The notes below the pieces were generated by a model that did not search any database, was not told the origin of the DNA, and saw nothing but the letters and a program-made list of their open reading frames with translations. From Camelus ferus (lineage: Eukaryota): DNA of 64,000 bases. A program made the translations under genes and the position numbers. The stretch spans positions 20,460,001 through 20,524,000 of the forward strand of contig NC_045715.1 of NCBI RefSeq assembly GCF_009834535.1, read 5' to 3'. This document shows positions 38,669 through 52,000 of the stretch, one piece after another; position 1 is the stretch's first letter, and every line of letters starts with the position of its first letter.

Positions 38669-39345
38669 TGTGATGGTTCACTTTATGTGTCACTTTGCCT
38701 GGGCTAAGAAATGCCCAGAGAGCTGGTGAAACAGGATATTCAGGTGTGTCGGTGATGCTGTTTCTGGAAGAGATTTGTGTTTGAACTGGCAGACGAAGTA
38801 AAGAAGATCGCCCTCACCAAGGTGGGCACCATCCAATCAGCGAGGGCTGAACAGAACAAAAAGGTAGAGGAAGGGCAAATCTGCTCCCTGTTTAAGCCAG
38901 AACGTCCATCTTCTCCTGCCCTCAGACATCACATCAGCGCTCCTGGCTCTTGGTCTTTGGACCAGCCCCCTGATTCTTAGGCCTCTGCACTCATACTGGG
39001 ACTTAACAACCATCAGCTCCCCCGGTTCTCACAACTTCAGCTGAGATTAAATTGCTCCACTGGCTTTCCCTGTTCTCCAGTTTTGTTTGTTTTTTGGGGG
39101 GTGGGGAAGGTAATTAGGTTTGTTTATTATTTATTTTAATGGAGGTACTGGGGATTGAACCCAGGATCCCATGTATGCTAAGCATGCGCTGTACCACTGA
39201 GCTATACCCTCCCACCCTGCTATCCAGTTTGCAGATGGCAGATCGGGGAAATTCTCATCCTCCATAATCTCAGGAGCCAATTTCTATAATAAATCTCCAT
39301 GTATATTCTATTGGTTTTGTTTCTGTGGAGAACTCTGACTAATAT
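38669..39345 (+). mobile_element. MLT2 (ERVL) solo LTR containing a SINE insertion
   Basis: Starts TGTGATGGTTCACTTTATGTGTCA and ends ...AATAAATCTCC...TTGGTTTTGTTTCTGTGGAGAACTCTGACTAATA. Confidence 0.9.
39081..39217 (-). mobile_element. tRNA-derived SINE (Vic-1-like) nested in MLT2
   Basis: A and B boxes on the reverse complement. TCCAGTTT flanks both sides. Confidence 0.9.
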
Positions 39346-39718
39346 TGGGGTCCATGAAGGCCCAGAAACTAACCTGCGTCAGAGTTACATAGATGACTAG
39401 AGAGATGGGATAATGTAGCTAAAATCAAGATGGACCTGAGTTCAAATCCCAGTGTTGCCATTTGTACCCTGTATGACTTTGCCTGAGTCACGGTAACCTC
39501 TTCTATTCTGAGAAATGGTAATAACTATAGGGTTATTGTGCAAATTAAGTGAGAGCTTAATCTGTACAGCCTTAGGCAACAGTCCCCTTACTGCACATGC
39601 ACAGTACAAAGTAGCTCCAATAGTCTGTAGCAAACCACATGTGGTGTTTGAGCTTGGATGCCCAGGAAGCAGATCCTGAGACAAAAATTCAAGTAAAAGA
39701 GATTTATTAAAAAGTTAT

Positions 39719-39886
39719 GGGGGTGGGGAGGATATAGCTCAGTGGTAGACTGCCTGCTTAGCATGCAGGAGGTTTTAGGTTCAATCCCCAGTACCTCCAT
39801 TAAAAAAATGAATAAGTAAAAATAAACCTAATTACCTCCCTCCCCACAAAAAAGACAATGTAAAATAAATAAATAAAATTTTTTAG
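39719..39886 (+). mobile_element. tRNA-derived SINE (Vic-1-like), first of a head-to-tail pair
   Basis: GGATATAGCTCAGTGGTAGAC...GGTTCAATCCCCAGTACCTCC followed by a long A-rich tail. Confidence 0.92.
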
Positions 39887-39897
39887 AAAAGTTATGA

Positions 39898-40000
39898 GGG
39901 GGAGGGATATAGTTCAGTGGTAGAGTGCCTGCTTAGCATTGCAGGAGATCCTGGTTTCAATCCTCCTCCGTTAGAAAAAAATTAAAACTTTTTTTTTTTA
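39898..40000 (+). mobile_element. tRNA-derived SINE (Vic-1-like), second of the pair
   Basis: GGATATAGTTCAGTGGTAGAGTGCCTGCTTAGCATTGCAGGAGATCCTGGTTTCAATCC followed by an A-tail. Confidence 0.88.
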
Positions 40001-42352
40001 AGTTATGAGAGTGAGGAGGAGGGAAAGGGAGCGGGGAAGTGGGGCCAGGAAGGGAAGGAGGCCAAGCAACTGTGTGGAACCAAGCAAAGTCTCACAAAGG
40101 GCAATCTGGAGGATGGGGGTATTGATACACCCATATTTTCCCATCATCCATTAGGAGCTGTGGGCGGGGGTTGGGGTGGGGGAGGGGTGGTATGTGGGGG
40201 AGAAACAATTCCAGGTGCTTCCAGCATTCCCTGCACAGCGACAGCATAGCCGGGCTGCTGGGAGTGACAGTACACTGGGAGTCAGTAGGCACCAAAACGG
40301 TAACAGGGTCCGGGAAGAAATGAATACAGTTTCTGCTCCCCAGAGGCTCAGGGCCAGGGAGCGGAGGGGAGACAGGAATTAATCATTGGCCTTTGAGTTT
40401 TGTTCCAGCCACAGTGCACCGCAGAACCAGGTGGCGCGAGGCAGGGGGAACAGGTGAGGGTAGGGAGCGACGCTGAAGAGAAATACAGCTGTGTGGGGAG
40501 AGGAAGGCCATTCCAGGTAGCGGGAACAGCACGCACAGGAGCAGAGGCTTAGGGCAGGTCCTGAAGCTAGTGTGCATCGGGAGGCGAGGAGGCGAGGACC
40601 CAGCTTCCGCGCCTGCGCCTGCGGCCCCGGGTCCGCCCTTTCCTGGCAGGTCTGCCTGGCGGGTCGTCCTGGCGGGTTTTCCTGCCATGCTGCCTACCCT
40701 TCCAGCCGCACCTGGCTTGGGGCCTCCTCCTGGAAGCCTCTTCTGACTACTCCAGCTCTGGGTGCGTGACTCTTATGAGCTCATGGCGTTTACTGCTCTT
40801 ACTGTGATGTTTACTCATGTAATTATTTAATACACCTTACAGTCTGTGACATTGTCACTTAACTTTGCGTGTAAATCCTGTGTCCCCTGGCCGAATTTTA
40901 AGCTTCCTGAGAATAGGAGCTGTATATTTTTATTCTTTAGAATCTCCTGTGGCACCCAACATTGGTGGACATGTTAAGGGTAGAAGATAATGGTTGAATG
41001 AATGAGTGAGAGAATCTAGTCCACTTTGGGGCCTGTCAAATTACCCCTACAATACTTATGTGTTCTAAGGTTATTTCTGAATTCTGAAGAGTCTCTTATA
41101 GATTTTGATGGGAGTTACCACATAAGCAAACTGGGTCCTAAAGGGTAGAGTTTAAGGTCACTGAACTCTCATTTCTTTGAGCCTCTCCTCAACCCCACCC
41201 TGTCCAGCCGCTTGTTTGACATTAGGCTATCGGGATCTCTGGGCTCCTGTCCTTCGAACTTTCCTGCTCAAATACTCCCTTAAAGAATTTTAGAAAAGTA
41301 TGTACCTCTTAAACATTTTAGAGTCAACAACTAACATTTTTTAATCATGTTTAAATATTGCCAAGGGTATACTTTCTGAATATGTAAATTTAAAATATGT
41401 AAATTCTTACATATTTTAAAAGTCACACCACTGTTTTAAATGTAGCAGGACTATAACACCATAGCCTTTTCATGTTCATTAACACCCTTTTAATAAGTGA
41501 ACAAGTCCGTTAGCCAGTCAACCAATTTACCTCATTTCTTTTTCTTTTTAGTTCCTTTTCCCATTTCACTTTCTCTACTGAGTTTTATCCTAATGAAACT
41601 TTTTTCATTGTATTTTTTTGTATTTTAGTGTATCTTTGGAAAGTCTTTTATTGTATATCCCTGTAACAAAATACATACATAAACTGAAATTTATTTTCTA
41701 TGACCGTAAGACACAAAATGTTAAAAATAGATATTCTGCACTGGGTTTATAATTACAATTATTACAAGATGCTATTGATCAAAACTACAAATATTGACAA
41801 TGAGTCAACAGAAAAGTAAACTTTTACTGAAAATGCATCTCTTAATGCAATGGAAAGGGCTGATTTGTATTTTCCATTGATTTCACTTGGCCATGCCAGG
41901 AAGAGCTCCCTGGTCCGGTTCAGTTACAGGCAAGAGAGCTTGGCCTATCTCTGTCTAGTGGGATAAGGTGCGGGTTGTTAATGAAGACAGGTGGAAAAGG
42001 AGAACACACTTCTCAGGCAGATTCATTTTAGGAAGAGACACATGTATTTCTGAAAATTGATCCCCTTAAAATTTGGTTCTCCCCCCAATTCCCCTGGAAA
42101 AGTTTTCATGTTCAGCCAGAGGTATGCAAACCACAAACTACTAAACAGAGACTTAACTTGATCTCCCATTCTCCAAAATAGAGGTCCCAGAAATGGGAGA
42201 CATGTGGGTCTGAATGTCATTGTGACTCTGATAGTCAAATTTCCAACCCTCCACCTGCTGAGTTCCACATCCTTATGCATATGGGCAAGACAGAAACACA
42301 AATGACTGTCAGATCTCTGTAGGTTTGTGGCTGTGAGGAGGACATTCGAATG

Positions 42353-42358
42353 TTTATT
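42353..42358 (-). terminator. Probable poly(A) signal of PSORS1C2
   Basis: First AATAAA I found on the minus strand after the stop, about 440 nt downstream. Confidence 0.55.
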
Positions 42359-42793
42359 GGCAAAGAAGCAGCTGAGATTCAACATTAGGAAAACATCGTT
42401 TTAATTTTTCCATTTCATGGAAGCAGTCAGCTCCTGATAGTTCCCAGCTTTCGGCCACCAGGTAGCAGCAGAGACACAGTGCTGCCAGCCCTGCCCAAGG
42501 AGACCCGGGCTTGGGGAAGAGGAGGTGGGAGGGGAGAGGACTGGACGTGAGGCAGGGGTGTACGCTTCTGCTGTCAGAGAAAAAAGGAGGGGGAATGTGG
42601 TGCTAAGTAGAGATCTCAGGAGGGGACAGAAAATATTGATGACAACACCTTCAGGGAACAGAATAAAATTGAAGGAGTAAGCAAAGGAATTAAGGAGTAA
42701 GGCTAAACTGGGGAGATTCAAGGGAAATCAAGAGGGTAGAGGTATCTTGAGTGCACTCTGCCTGGAGGCCCGGGATGCCTCTGGGGGATCCCA

Positions 42794-43800
<1,007 letters not shown>

Positions 43801-43867
43801 CTTGGCTGTCTCCTGGCCCCCAAAGTCAGGGGTGGGCCAAGTCTGGGTGCCTGGGAACCTCAAGAGG

Positions 43868-43874
43868 TTTTATA
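43868..43874 (-). promoter_or_regulatory. TATA box of PSORS1C2
   Basis: TATAAAA on the minus strand about 70 nt upstream of the ATG. Confidence 0.75.
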
Positions 43875-44451
43875 AGGGAGGAGAGAGAGGAGGAAGCCAA
43901 TCTCTGGGAAGGGCCCAGCCCAGTGACACAAGGAATATAACCAGAATTTAACTAGTCAAACCCGTTTGGAAGGCCACAGCTAATGTGTAACCTCTGATGG
44001 TGGCGTCCCTCATTTTAGTTCCCCAGCTCTGGATCCAGCCATCCTGGATTTATCGATGAACTTGACCTTGGTCACTCCATCCTTGTTTTCACAACCCCCT
44101 TCACACACACCATGCGGGAACCCATAATCATAGGGACTTCCACCTTTCATCCCTTGAAGCCATTGGTAGGCAAGGAATGAGAGCAAACCATGCGTGGGGA
44201 AGCGGCCTAATTACACAGGCTGAGAAGCAGGGTGCCAGGCAGGGGATGGGTGATTGCAGGGGACAAGGAGGAGAGGAATGGGGTGCTCCCTTGGAACACC
44301 TGGGATGCAGCCAGGGTGGTCTCAGCTGGTACACCAAGCTTCTCCCACCTCATCCTGATTTGAACCCTCTCACTTGGGGCTCAGTTCTTTCCCCAGAACT
44401 TCCGCTCCCCTTAGGGCCCCATGTGCTCTCTCCAGGGTGTGCCTTCTTCAG

Positions 44452-44736
44452 GCACACAGGGATAGCCAAGGAATTTCATCCAGGAGCACCTGGGGTGACT
44501 GCAGATGAAGAAGGAAATACGAGGACATCCTGATTCCTTCTCCCCACCCTAGGGCTGGTTTCATCAGTCACACCCAAGAGGCTCAGGAAGACACTGCCTC
44601 AGCTCCCCCGTCCTCTCAGCCTCTTCCTCTTCCCCCTGGAGTCCTCCCTGCGGCCCCTCTGGCCCCTCCTGCGGTCTTGGCGCCACCTCTCTATGCCCAT
44701 CCTCTCCTTCTCCTCATCCTTCAGATGTCAGTCTAG
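44452..44736 (+). pseudogene. PSORS1C1: Disabled orthologue of the last PSORS1C1 coding exon
   Basis: After the acceptor TTCTTCAG (AG 44450-44451): HTGIAKEFHPGAP, a frameshift, then DCR*RRKYEDILIPSPHP...AQEDTASAPPSSQPLPLPPG versus recalled human HAGDLQAMISKEFHLAATQDDCRKGRTQEDILVPSSHP...APEEAARLQQPQPLPPPSG. TGA at 44506-44508. Confidence 0.75.
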
Positions 44737-45092
44737 GTCTTGTCTGCGGCTCTCAGCAACCCCCCTGGAACCTTCCCTCCGCAAGGATTCCTCTGCCTGG
44801 AGGTCTCCTAAGCCTCTCAGAAGTAACATGTCCAAAACAGAACTCCTCCCCAGGCTGTCCCCACCTGGTCTGCTCCCCGGAAGGAACACTGCTGTCCCCC
44901 TGTGGCCCACTTTGGAAGCCTTCATTCCTCTCCTCCCCCACCCCCCACCTGCCACCACCCCAGCCTGGGGAACTGCCTCTTCCCAGTCTCCCCAGGACCC
45001 TCCTTGCTGGTCTCCCTGCTTCCACACCCCCTCAGAAAAACACCCATCCTCCACAGCCAGCCAACAGATCTCTTAAAAATACAAAGACCACA

Positions 45093-45190
45093 GGGTGGGG
45101 GGCATGGGTAATAGCTCAGTGGTAGAGCTGGTGCTTAGCATGCAGGAGGTCCTGGGCTCGATCACCAGTACCTCCACTAAAAAAAAAGTA
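45093..45190 (+). mobile_element. tRNA-derived SINE (Vic-1-like)
   Basis: ATAGCTCAGTGGTAGAGCTGGTGCTTAGCATGCAGGAGGTCCTGGGCTCGATCACCAGTACCTCC followed by poly-A. Confidence 0.88.
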
Positions 45191-45199
45191 AATCGAACT

Positions 45200-45680
45200 T
45201 CGTGGCTGCTTCTCTGTTTAAAAGTACTCCAAGGACTTTCTATTGACTTAAGAGTAAAACTCAAGCTCTACCAGGTCTTGGCCTCTTCCCACAGCATCCT
45301 CTGTCATGCTTCTCTGGCCTCTGCGCCTGCCCACCCTGTGCCCGCCCTCTGGCCTTCACTCACCAGGCAGGAACAGGGCACCCAGGTGGCTGCACAGCCT
45401 GCTCCTCACCTCACTCCAGTCTCAGCACAACGTCCCTCCTGAGAGAGGCCTTGCCTGGCCCCTCAGCTCGTGCCCCCTCCCCACAGAGCCAGCTTCTGTC
45501 GTGTCATTGTAACTTTCTTCCTCTATTGTTTGAAATGCTGGTTTGTTCACTTAAGTACTTGTCTGTTGTCCTACCAGCACGTGAGTGCCACGGGAGCAGG
45601 GACCCGGCCATTCAGCCCGCCGCGGTGGCCCGAGCCGGGGCCTGCCTGGCTCTGCGATGCCAACTGAACACGTGAATGTT
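45200..45680 (+). mobile_element. L2 LINE 3' remnant
   Basis: L2-like pyrimidine-rich body. The terminus ...GTGAGTGCCACGGGAGCAGGGAC...GCCTGCCTGGC...TGAACACGTGAATG follows the L2 end pattern. Confidence 0.6.
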
Positions 45681-45943
45681 TTATCTCCCTGCACTGGTCA
45701 TCTTCCAGAGGCAAAGAGTTTAAAAACAAAAGTTGAGAATAAAAACAAAAACAAAAAACCTGGAGCTTCTTGAAAAAACTTTGTTAGCGGCCTCAGAAAG
45801 GGCTTTTGAAAAAAGAAACATCTAGAAAAAGAGCTGTGTGGGGGACCACTTCCCACACTTTCCGGACAGGACAGGCTGCAGGGAGAAAATTCCCTTATGT
45901 TCCCAGAGAGAACTGTCCAAACCACGGTTCTACTGTAGTCACC

Positions 45944-45949
45944 TTTATT
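45944..45949 (-). terminator. Poly(A) signal of CCHCR1
   Basis: AATAAA on the minus strand about 130 nt after the stop. Confidence 0.8.
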
Positions 45950-46081
45950 GAGCCACAGGAGAATTCTCAGACATCTTGGTGGCTGGTGTTGCCAAGGGGA
46001 GCTGGAGGGTGAAGAGAGCTGGCCTGGCCCCTCCCGGACCCACTTCTCCACCACCCTCATCCTCTCAGTCCTCCCAGCTGC

Positions 46082-49000
46082 TCAGAGGCAGGCTGAAGTA
46101 GAGGAGTTCTGGTCGTCATCCTGACAAACAGCGTCCTCTTTGGAAATGGCCTCACTCAGGCCCTGCAGGTCATCGAGCAGGACAGAGAGGGATCCTGAGA
46201 GAGAAGGCCCAGAGGGACAGGAGGCGGACAAGAGAAGGCGGTCAGGGGCACTCACAGTGCAGAAGACCGGGGCTGCCGCGGGAAGTGAGGGGGATGAGGG
46301 AGAAGGCTCCTGGCCCCAGTGGGCGCTGATAAGAGAGGCTGTGGGCCTCTAAGGGTCACAGAGAACAAGGCTTGTGCATTCCAGGGCATCTAGAGGAGAC
46401 GTTCCTGAAGTCCCCCACCCTCTGCCCCTCACCTTTGATGGACTCCTTGGTGCAGAGGGCCGCTGCTGGAGGTGCAGGCACTGAAGACCCTGGGCACCCG
46501 GGGCTGGGCTCCACGGGATTCCCTTTATCCAGTGGGGAAGGAAGAACTGCCAGCAGTCGCTGCTGCTTGTAACGGGAGAGGAGACCCTCCTGCTGCAAGG
46601 TGGCCTGGGAAGGAGAATGTTAAACGCCACCGAGCCCGGGCACAGCCCCCTCCCCTGTCCACAGTTCTGCCCCCAACCAGCCCAAGAAGGGCCCAGTCTC
46701 TGCCGCCTCCTACCAGCATGAGGTTCTTGTCCCGCTCCAGCTCCTTCAGGCGCTGGGTCAGCCGCTGCCCCTCCTCCTTTCGGGCCTCATCCTGCAGGCG
46801 CCGGAGCTCCTGGTTCCGCTCCTTTTCCCGGGTGGCTTTGCGTTGGATCTGGCGCAGGGAAACCACTACGGGAAAGCCAGGCCACAGAGGGGACGGGTGT
46901 AGGGTGGCCTAGAGGCCATGAGGCAGCATGAAAACAAGCCTGGAAGGATGGACAGGAACACTGGGTCCCCAGCTCTGTAACTCGGGGAGCCACTGATGCT
47001 CTGTGGCTTTCAGTCTCTTCCCTACAGAGGGGTGGCTGATGCTTTAGGATCCTATGAATCCAAAGTACCTCCCCCAATCCCCGAACCTTCCTGGAATCCC
47101 TTAGGGGACATCTGAACAGGGACTGGATATCAGATTTCGTGTAATTCATGTTCATTTTCTTAAAGTGTAACAATGGTATTGAGGTTATATAGGAAACAAT
47201 CCTAGTTGTGGGCAATGCAGCTAAATGGTCATGATGTTTGCAACTTACTTTCAATGATTCCTCCCCGGAAATGTATATATCAATGTGTGTACATACACAG
47301 ATAGAGAGGAAATGTGACCAAATATTAACCACTGCCTCTAATCAGAGAAGGTACATGAGTATCCGTTACATGAGTCTTTTCACTTGGCTAGGTGTTTTGA
47401 AATTTTCCCCAATGAGAAGCTGGGGGTCACTGCTGGTGTGAGATGTCAGGATGGTAGTTGTCTTTGTGGAGGGGAGTGACTGGGAGGGGATGAGGGCTCC
47501 AGGGCTAGTCACGTGCTGTTGCTTGATCTGAGTGCTGGATCTATGGGTGTGTTTACCACCGAAGAGTTTATTGGTGCCAGGATTGGCACTCTTCGAAAAA
47601 AGCTTTAAAAAATGTTTTTAAAATAACCTCATGCCTCATGACGTCCTGGAAACACATGTTCACCCCGGCCAATCTCACCGGCCTTGGCGTGTTCCCTCCG
47701 AGCCTCGTTCAGTCTCCTTTCTGATTCTGAGAGCTGTTCCCGCAGCCGAGTTTCCACTTCGGCCACCTTCTCCTGCAGCGCTGGGGTGGAGGTGCACACG
47801 GAGTGTCTCTCCGGGGACTCTGGTTCACGGTTCCCTCCCACCCCTGATGAGTCCGCCCACGCCCCCTCCTGCACACCTTGCCCGTAGATCTCCTGTTGCT
47901 GGGTCAGCTCCTGCCGGAGACTGGCAGCCTCCACCATGCTCTCCTGCTGGCCCTGGCGAGCCGCCTCCAGCTGCAGCCCCAAACTGGCCAGGGACTCCTG
48001 GGTGCGCTGCAGCTCCTGCTCCAGCTGCTTGGCCACCTCGCTCAGCTGCTGCCGCTCCGCCTCCCCTGGGAAAATGTGGTGCCCTCTCAGGCTTCTCAAC
48101 GCCCTAGGCCCCAGCTCTTCCCTCTTCCTCTTCAACCCCAAGGCTCACACTCTGGCCCCTGCTCGAGCTTGGTGACTCCAGTGACTGGGACCTGGCATAC
48201 CTTGCTCCCGGGCCCGGCCCACCTCCTGCTGGATGATGTGGGCGCTCAGCTGCAGTTCCGCGTCCAGGCGGTTCCGCTCTTCCCGCAGCTGCTCCAACTC
48301 AAGGCTCATGTCCCTGGCCGGTGGGGGTGGGGGGCAGCTGAGACAGGGACAAGAAACAGAGTCAGGGGGATCACCCAGCTGCCTGACTCCTAAGTCCCCA
48401 TCCTCGCTGTTTTGGGTCCCAGCAACCAACACCTTAAAGCTCCACCCCCTCCCCTGATCCACCTCCAAGTGGCCCAAACTACACCTCTCCTGGCGCAGCT
48501 GAGCAACGGCCAGTTTTCGAGCCATCAGGCCTGGGGGAAAAAAGGGTAGAGATGAATTTGTGGAACAGAAAAGAGGACACGAGGAGGAATGGAAAAGGGG
48601 GTGCTTGGACCACGGAGGAGGAGGCAGGTGGGTGGATATAGGATGAGAGGGAGCTGGTGGGGCAGGGGCAGGGGCAGGGGCAGGGCGCGATCGGCAGTTG
48701 CCCTACCCACCCTGAATGGTGTGGACCTTGCGGACGGCATAGCTGACTCGGGCACTGATGCTGGGCAGTCGGGCCGTGGCCCGTTCCACCTCGGCCACGG
48801 TGCTCTGGAACCAGGTCTGAAAGCTGGAGCAGGAACAAGGTCACTGACCCATCAACCCCACCTCCCTTCCAAAAGGACTTTACCTTCTCCATCCTGTACT
48901 GCTGTGTACATGGGGAAAGCCGGGAAGCGGGAATCAGAGCAGGGGGAAGAGAAGCTGAAGGCAAGCAGAGGCCCCAAGTTTGTGCCCTGCTAGTCATGAA

Positions 49001-52000
49001 AGAAAACTTGACAGATTAAGTCCTGTAGTGACCGTCAGATAAAAGTGATACAGTTGCTCATAAGAAAAGCACAGCTATTCCTGGTCCCAAAACCTACAGA
49101 AAGCTTGTCATCTGGGTCCTAGCAATCAGCATCTTTAATAACAGCACTGCAGGAAAAACAATGAGGTTCACAGAGTCGCACCTTATCTGGGCCCAGGTGC
49201 CATCACACGGTAAAGCATCCAGTAGTGATTCCACGGGGGCTAAAACAAGCGCCCTAAAGTGGGCTAATCTCTAGCTGATTTAGACTTTTTCACCTGCAGG
49301 CCCCTGAGTATGTCTCTGGCTTTTGGGAATCTCCTGGAGCTGTATGCCACGTTTGAGATGTATGAACTTATGTGCATTTTTCTATAGAATGAAGCCAATA
49401 GCTTCCATCAGTTTCCTAAGCGACCCTCACCCTAAGAAGGCATTAAATGTGTATATTATCAAGCAACCTGTGAAGTTTCTTTCTCACAATCTGTTTTTCA
49501 ATCACTCCTATGTATCAGAGATCAAAGTTATCCTTTTCAGCAAATCCCTGATATCAATGAAGGCCAAGTGCTTTACCAGCTGGCTGTGCCCAAAGCAGGA
49601 CCAACAGGGCTCAGGAAAGCTGAAAAGTCTAAGCAGGCCCCCAGGGAGGACTACAACCAGGCAGCAACCAGGGGCCGGGCTGGAACTCCCCAGGAGAGTG
49701 CAAGTCTGCACCAACAGGAAAACAAGCAGACGACAAGGCTGAAGGTTGTATCCCTAGCAGCACAGCAGAGATCACTTCTACCCGAAAATTGTTGGAGCGG
49801 ATGCTTCCAACACCTACGGTGACTCTTTTGAAAGCCTTTCCCTGAAAAGATCCACAAGCCATCTAGAGACTAACAAACCGGGCAACAATCCAAATTTGGG
49901 TTGTTTTAAGCCTTGTGGATGTTTTGGCAATAAATCATTACCGAGAACCATTTCAGTAATGTCCTGGTACCAAAGTAAAACCCTGTCCACGGCGTATCTT
50001 TCTGTTCTCCTGGAGGTAGGAGGCAGGTGGGGTGGAGTGAATCTGGGTGGTGCTTCATCATAACTAGTCTCTCTAATGCCATGTGTGTTTGAAATTTTTT
50101 ATGATTTTTTTTTTTTTAGTTAAATTAGTCCTCAAGGTACAAGTCCAACAGAAGGTGATGGCGAGTGAGGACCCATCCTGCATCACAATTAGCTAAGCCA
50201 AAAAGTGTTATGTGATCCATCCAGAAGAGCCTCGTGGTAACAGTGAATATTTACAGGGCACAGATGACAAGCCAGATACCCTGCTAAGTGCTCTAGTGGA
50301 CCACCTCAGTGCCCCCAACATCCAAAGCAGAGGAGGGGTTGTTACCAGTGCAAAGAAACCTGTGTTTCTCCTTAGAGGTCTTTCTAAAGGTTATAGAACA
50401 GCTGTGAAGGAAACACCTAGGAAGTTGGTCTCAGGGACAGGCTTGCAATTCATTAAAAAGGAAACTGGCATACATTTGAGACAGAATATCTAGTAAGCAA
50501 GTACAGGCAGATGTCGGAGAGATTGTGGTTCAGTTCCAGACCATCACAATAAAGTGAATGTCGCAATAAAGCGAGTCACGCGAAGTTTCTGGTTTCCCAG
50601 GGCATTTAAAGTTATGTTTGCACTATACTGTAGCCTATTAAGTTGGCGATAGCATTATGTCTAAAAAAAAAAAAAAAAAACAACGAAACACTAACAAGCA
50701 GCATTAATTAAAAAGTAATGTTGTTGGGAAAATGGTGCCAATAGACTTGCTCAGCGTGGGGCTGCCAGAAACCTTCAATGTGTTAAAAAAAAAAAAAAAC
50801 ACAGTATCTGTGAAGCACAAAGCCAAATACAACAAAACAAGGGCTGCCTGTGGGTGTACAGCTTTAAAATAAATAGATTAATTTTTTTCCAACTGAACAG
50901 GGCACATCTGTACAATTTTAAAGAGTCTGCACGCCCCATCCTCAAACAGTTCTGACAGTGGAGACCCTCCAGGTGCTCTACTGAGCTCAAGCTGTTACTA
51001 ACCGCCAGGGGAAGCGCTGCCTCTCCTCCAGCCAAACACGCAGTGGGTGGGAGTCATAACAAGTGACCCTGATGTGAATGTGCAGGGGTTGCCCCAGGTA
51101 AAAATAAACACAGAGCCTTTTATAGGACCAGGTACCTCCAGCCCTGCATCCTCCACCCAGCCAGCTCTCCAGCCCCTCCTGCCTGAGGCTCTTAAACTCC
51201 AAGGTGCCCAGGGAGCCAGGGAGAAGCAGAAACCCTACTCCACCCACCCTCAGTCCCAGATACCTGCTGACAGCATTGGCCACGACCTTCAGCTGCTCCT
51301 CCGCTGTGGCCATCTGCTGCTGCCTCCGGCGCCGGGCCTCCTGAGCACGGCTCAGCTCCATCTGCAGGGCCTAGGAAGGATGCGGTTAAGGAAAGGGTGC
51401 CCTCCGCTGGGGGACCCCGGCCCTCCCTCAGCCTCCACCTGTCTCAGACACTGACCTTGGCACCCATTCGCTCCACCTCCACTTCTGCAGCTTTGTCCTG
51501 CAGGGAGCGCTGCAGGATGGCCTGCTCCTGACTCTGAGTTTCAGCTCTTTCCTGGAGCTCTGCCACCTGGGGTAGGAGAGGAGGCAGTGCTGAAAGCTGC
51601 AGTGGGGGCACTGGGAAGGAAGGACCAGGGGCAGAGGTCTCTGAAAGAAGGCCACGCAGGGAGGCCAGAAGCTCCCATTCCCGAGAATGGAGTCTGAGTC
51701 CGGGTTTCCTTCCGGAAGCATGTTCCATGTGTCCACACCTTGAGGAGCCACCCTGTGACCCACCCAGAAGGACGCCTGGCCTCTGTTCATGCCACCCACC
51801 CATCCTTGGACACTGTCACCAACTTGGGAAGGCCGTCACTGACCATCTTACCCAAGGCTGGCCCAACTCATAGAATGTCGGCCCCCTGAGAACAGGTCCT
51901 TGTCTCCCTTTGCTCAGGGCTGTGCTGCCAGCACATGGGAACCACTCAGTATTTACTGACTAAATGTCATCCCTTACGTAAGGAGCACAGGAGCGGAGGG

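Noticed and set aside
37848-39230. Two neighbouring SINEs both flanked by TCCAGTTT
   Set aside because: The wider flanks are unrelated (one is inside MLT2). The shared T-tract reflects L1 endonuclease target preference and not a segmental duplication.
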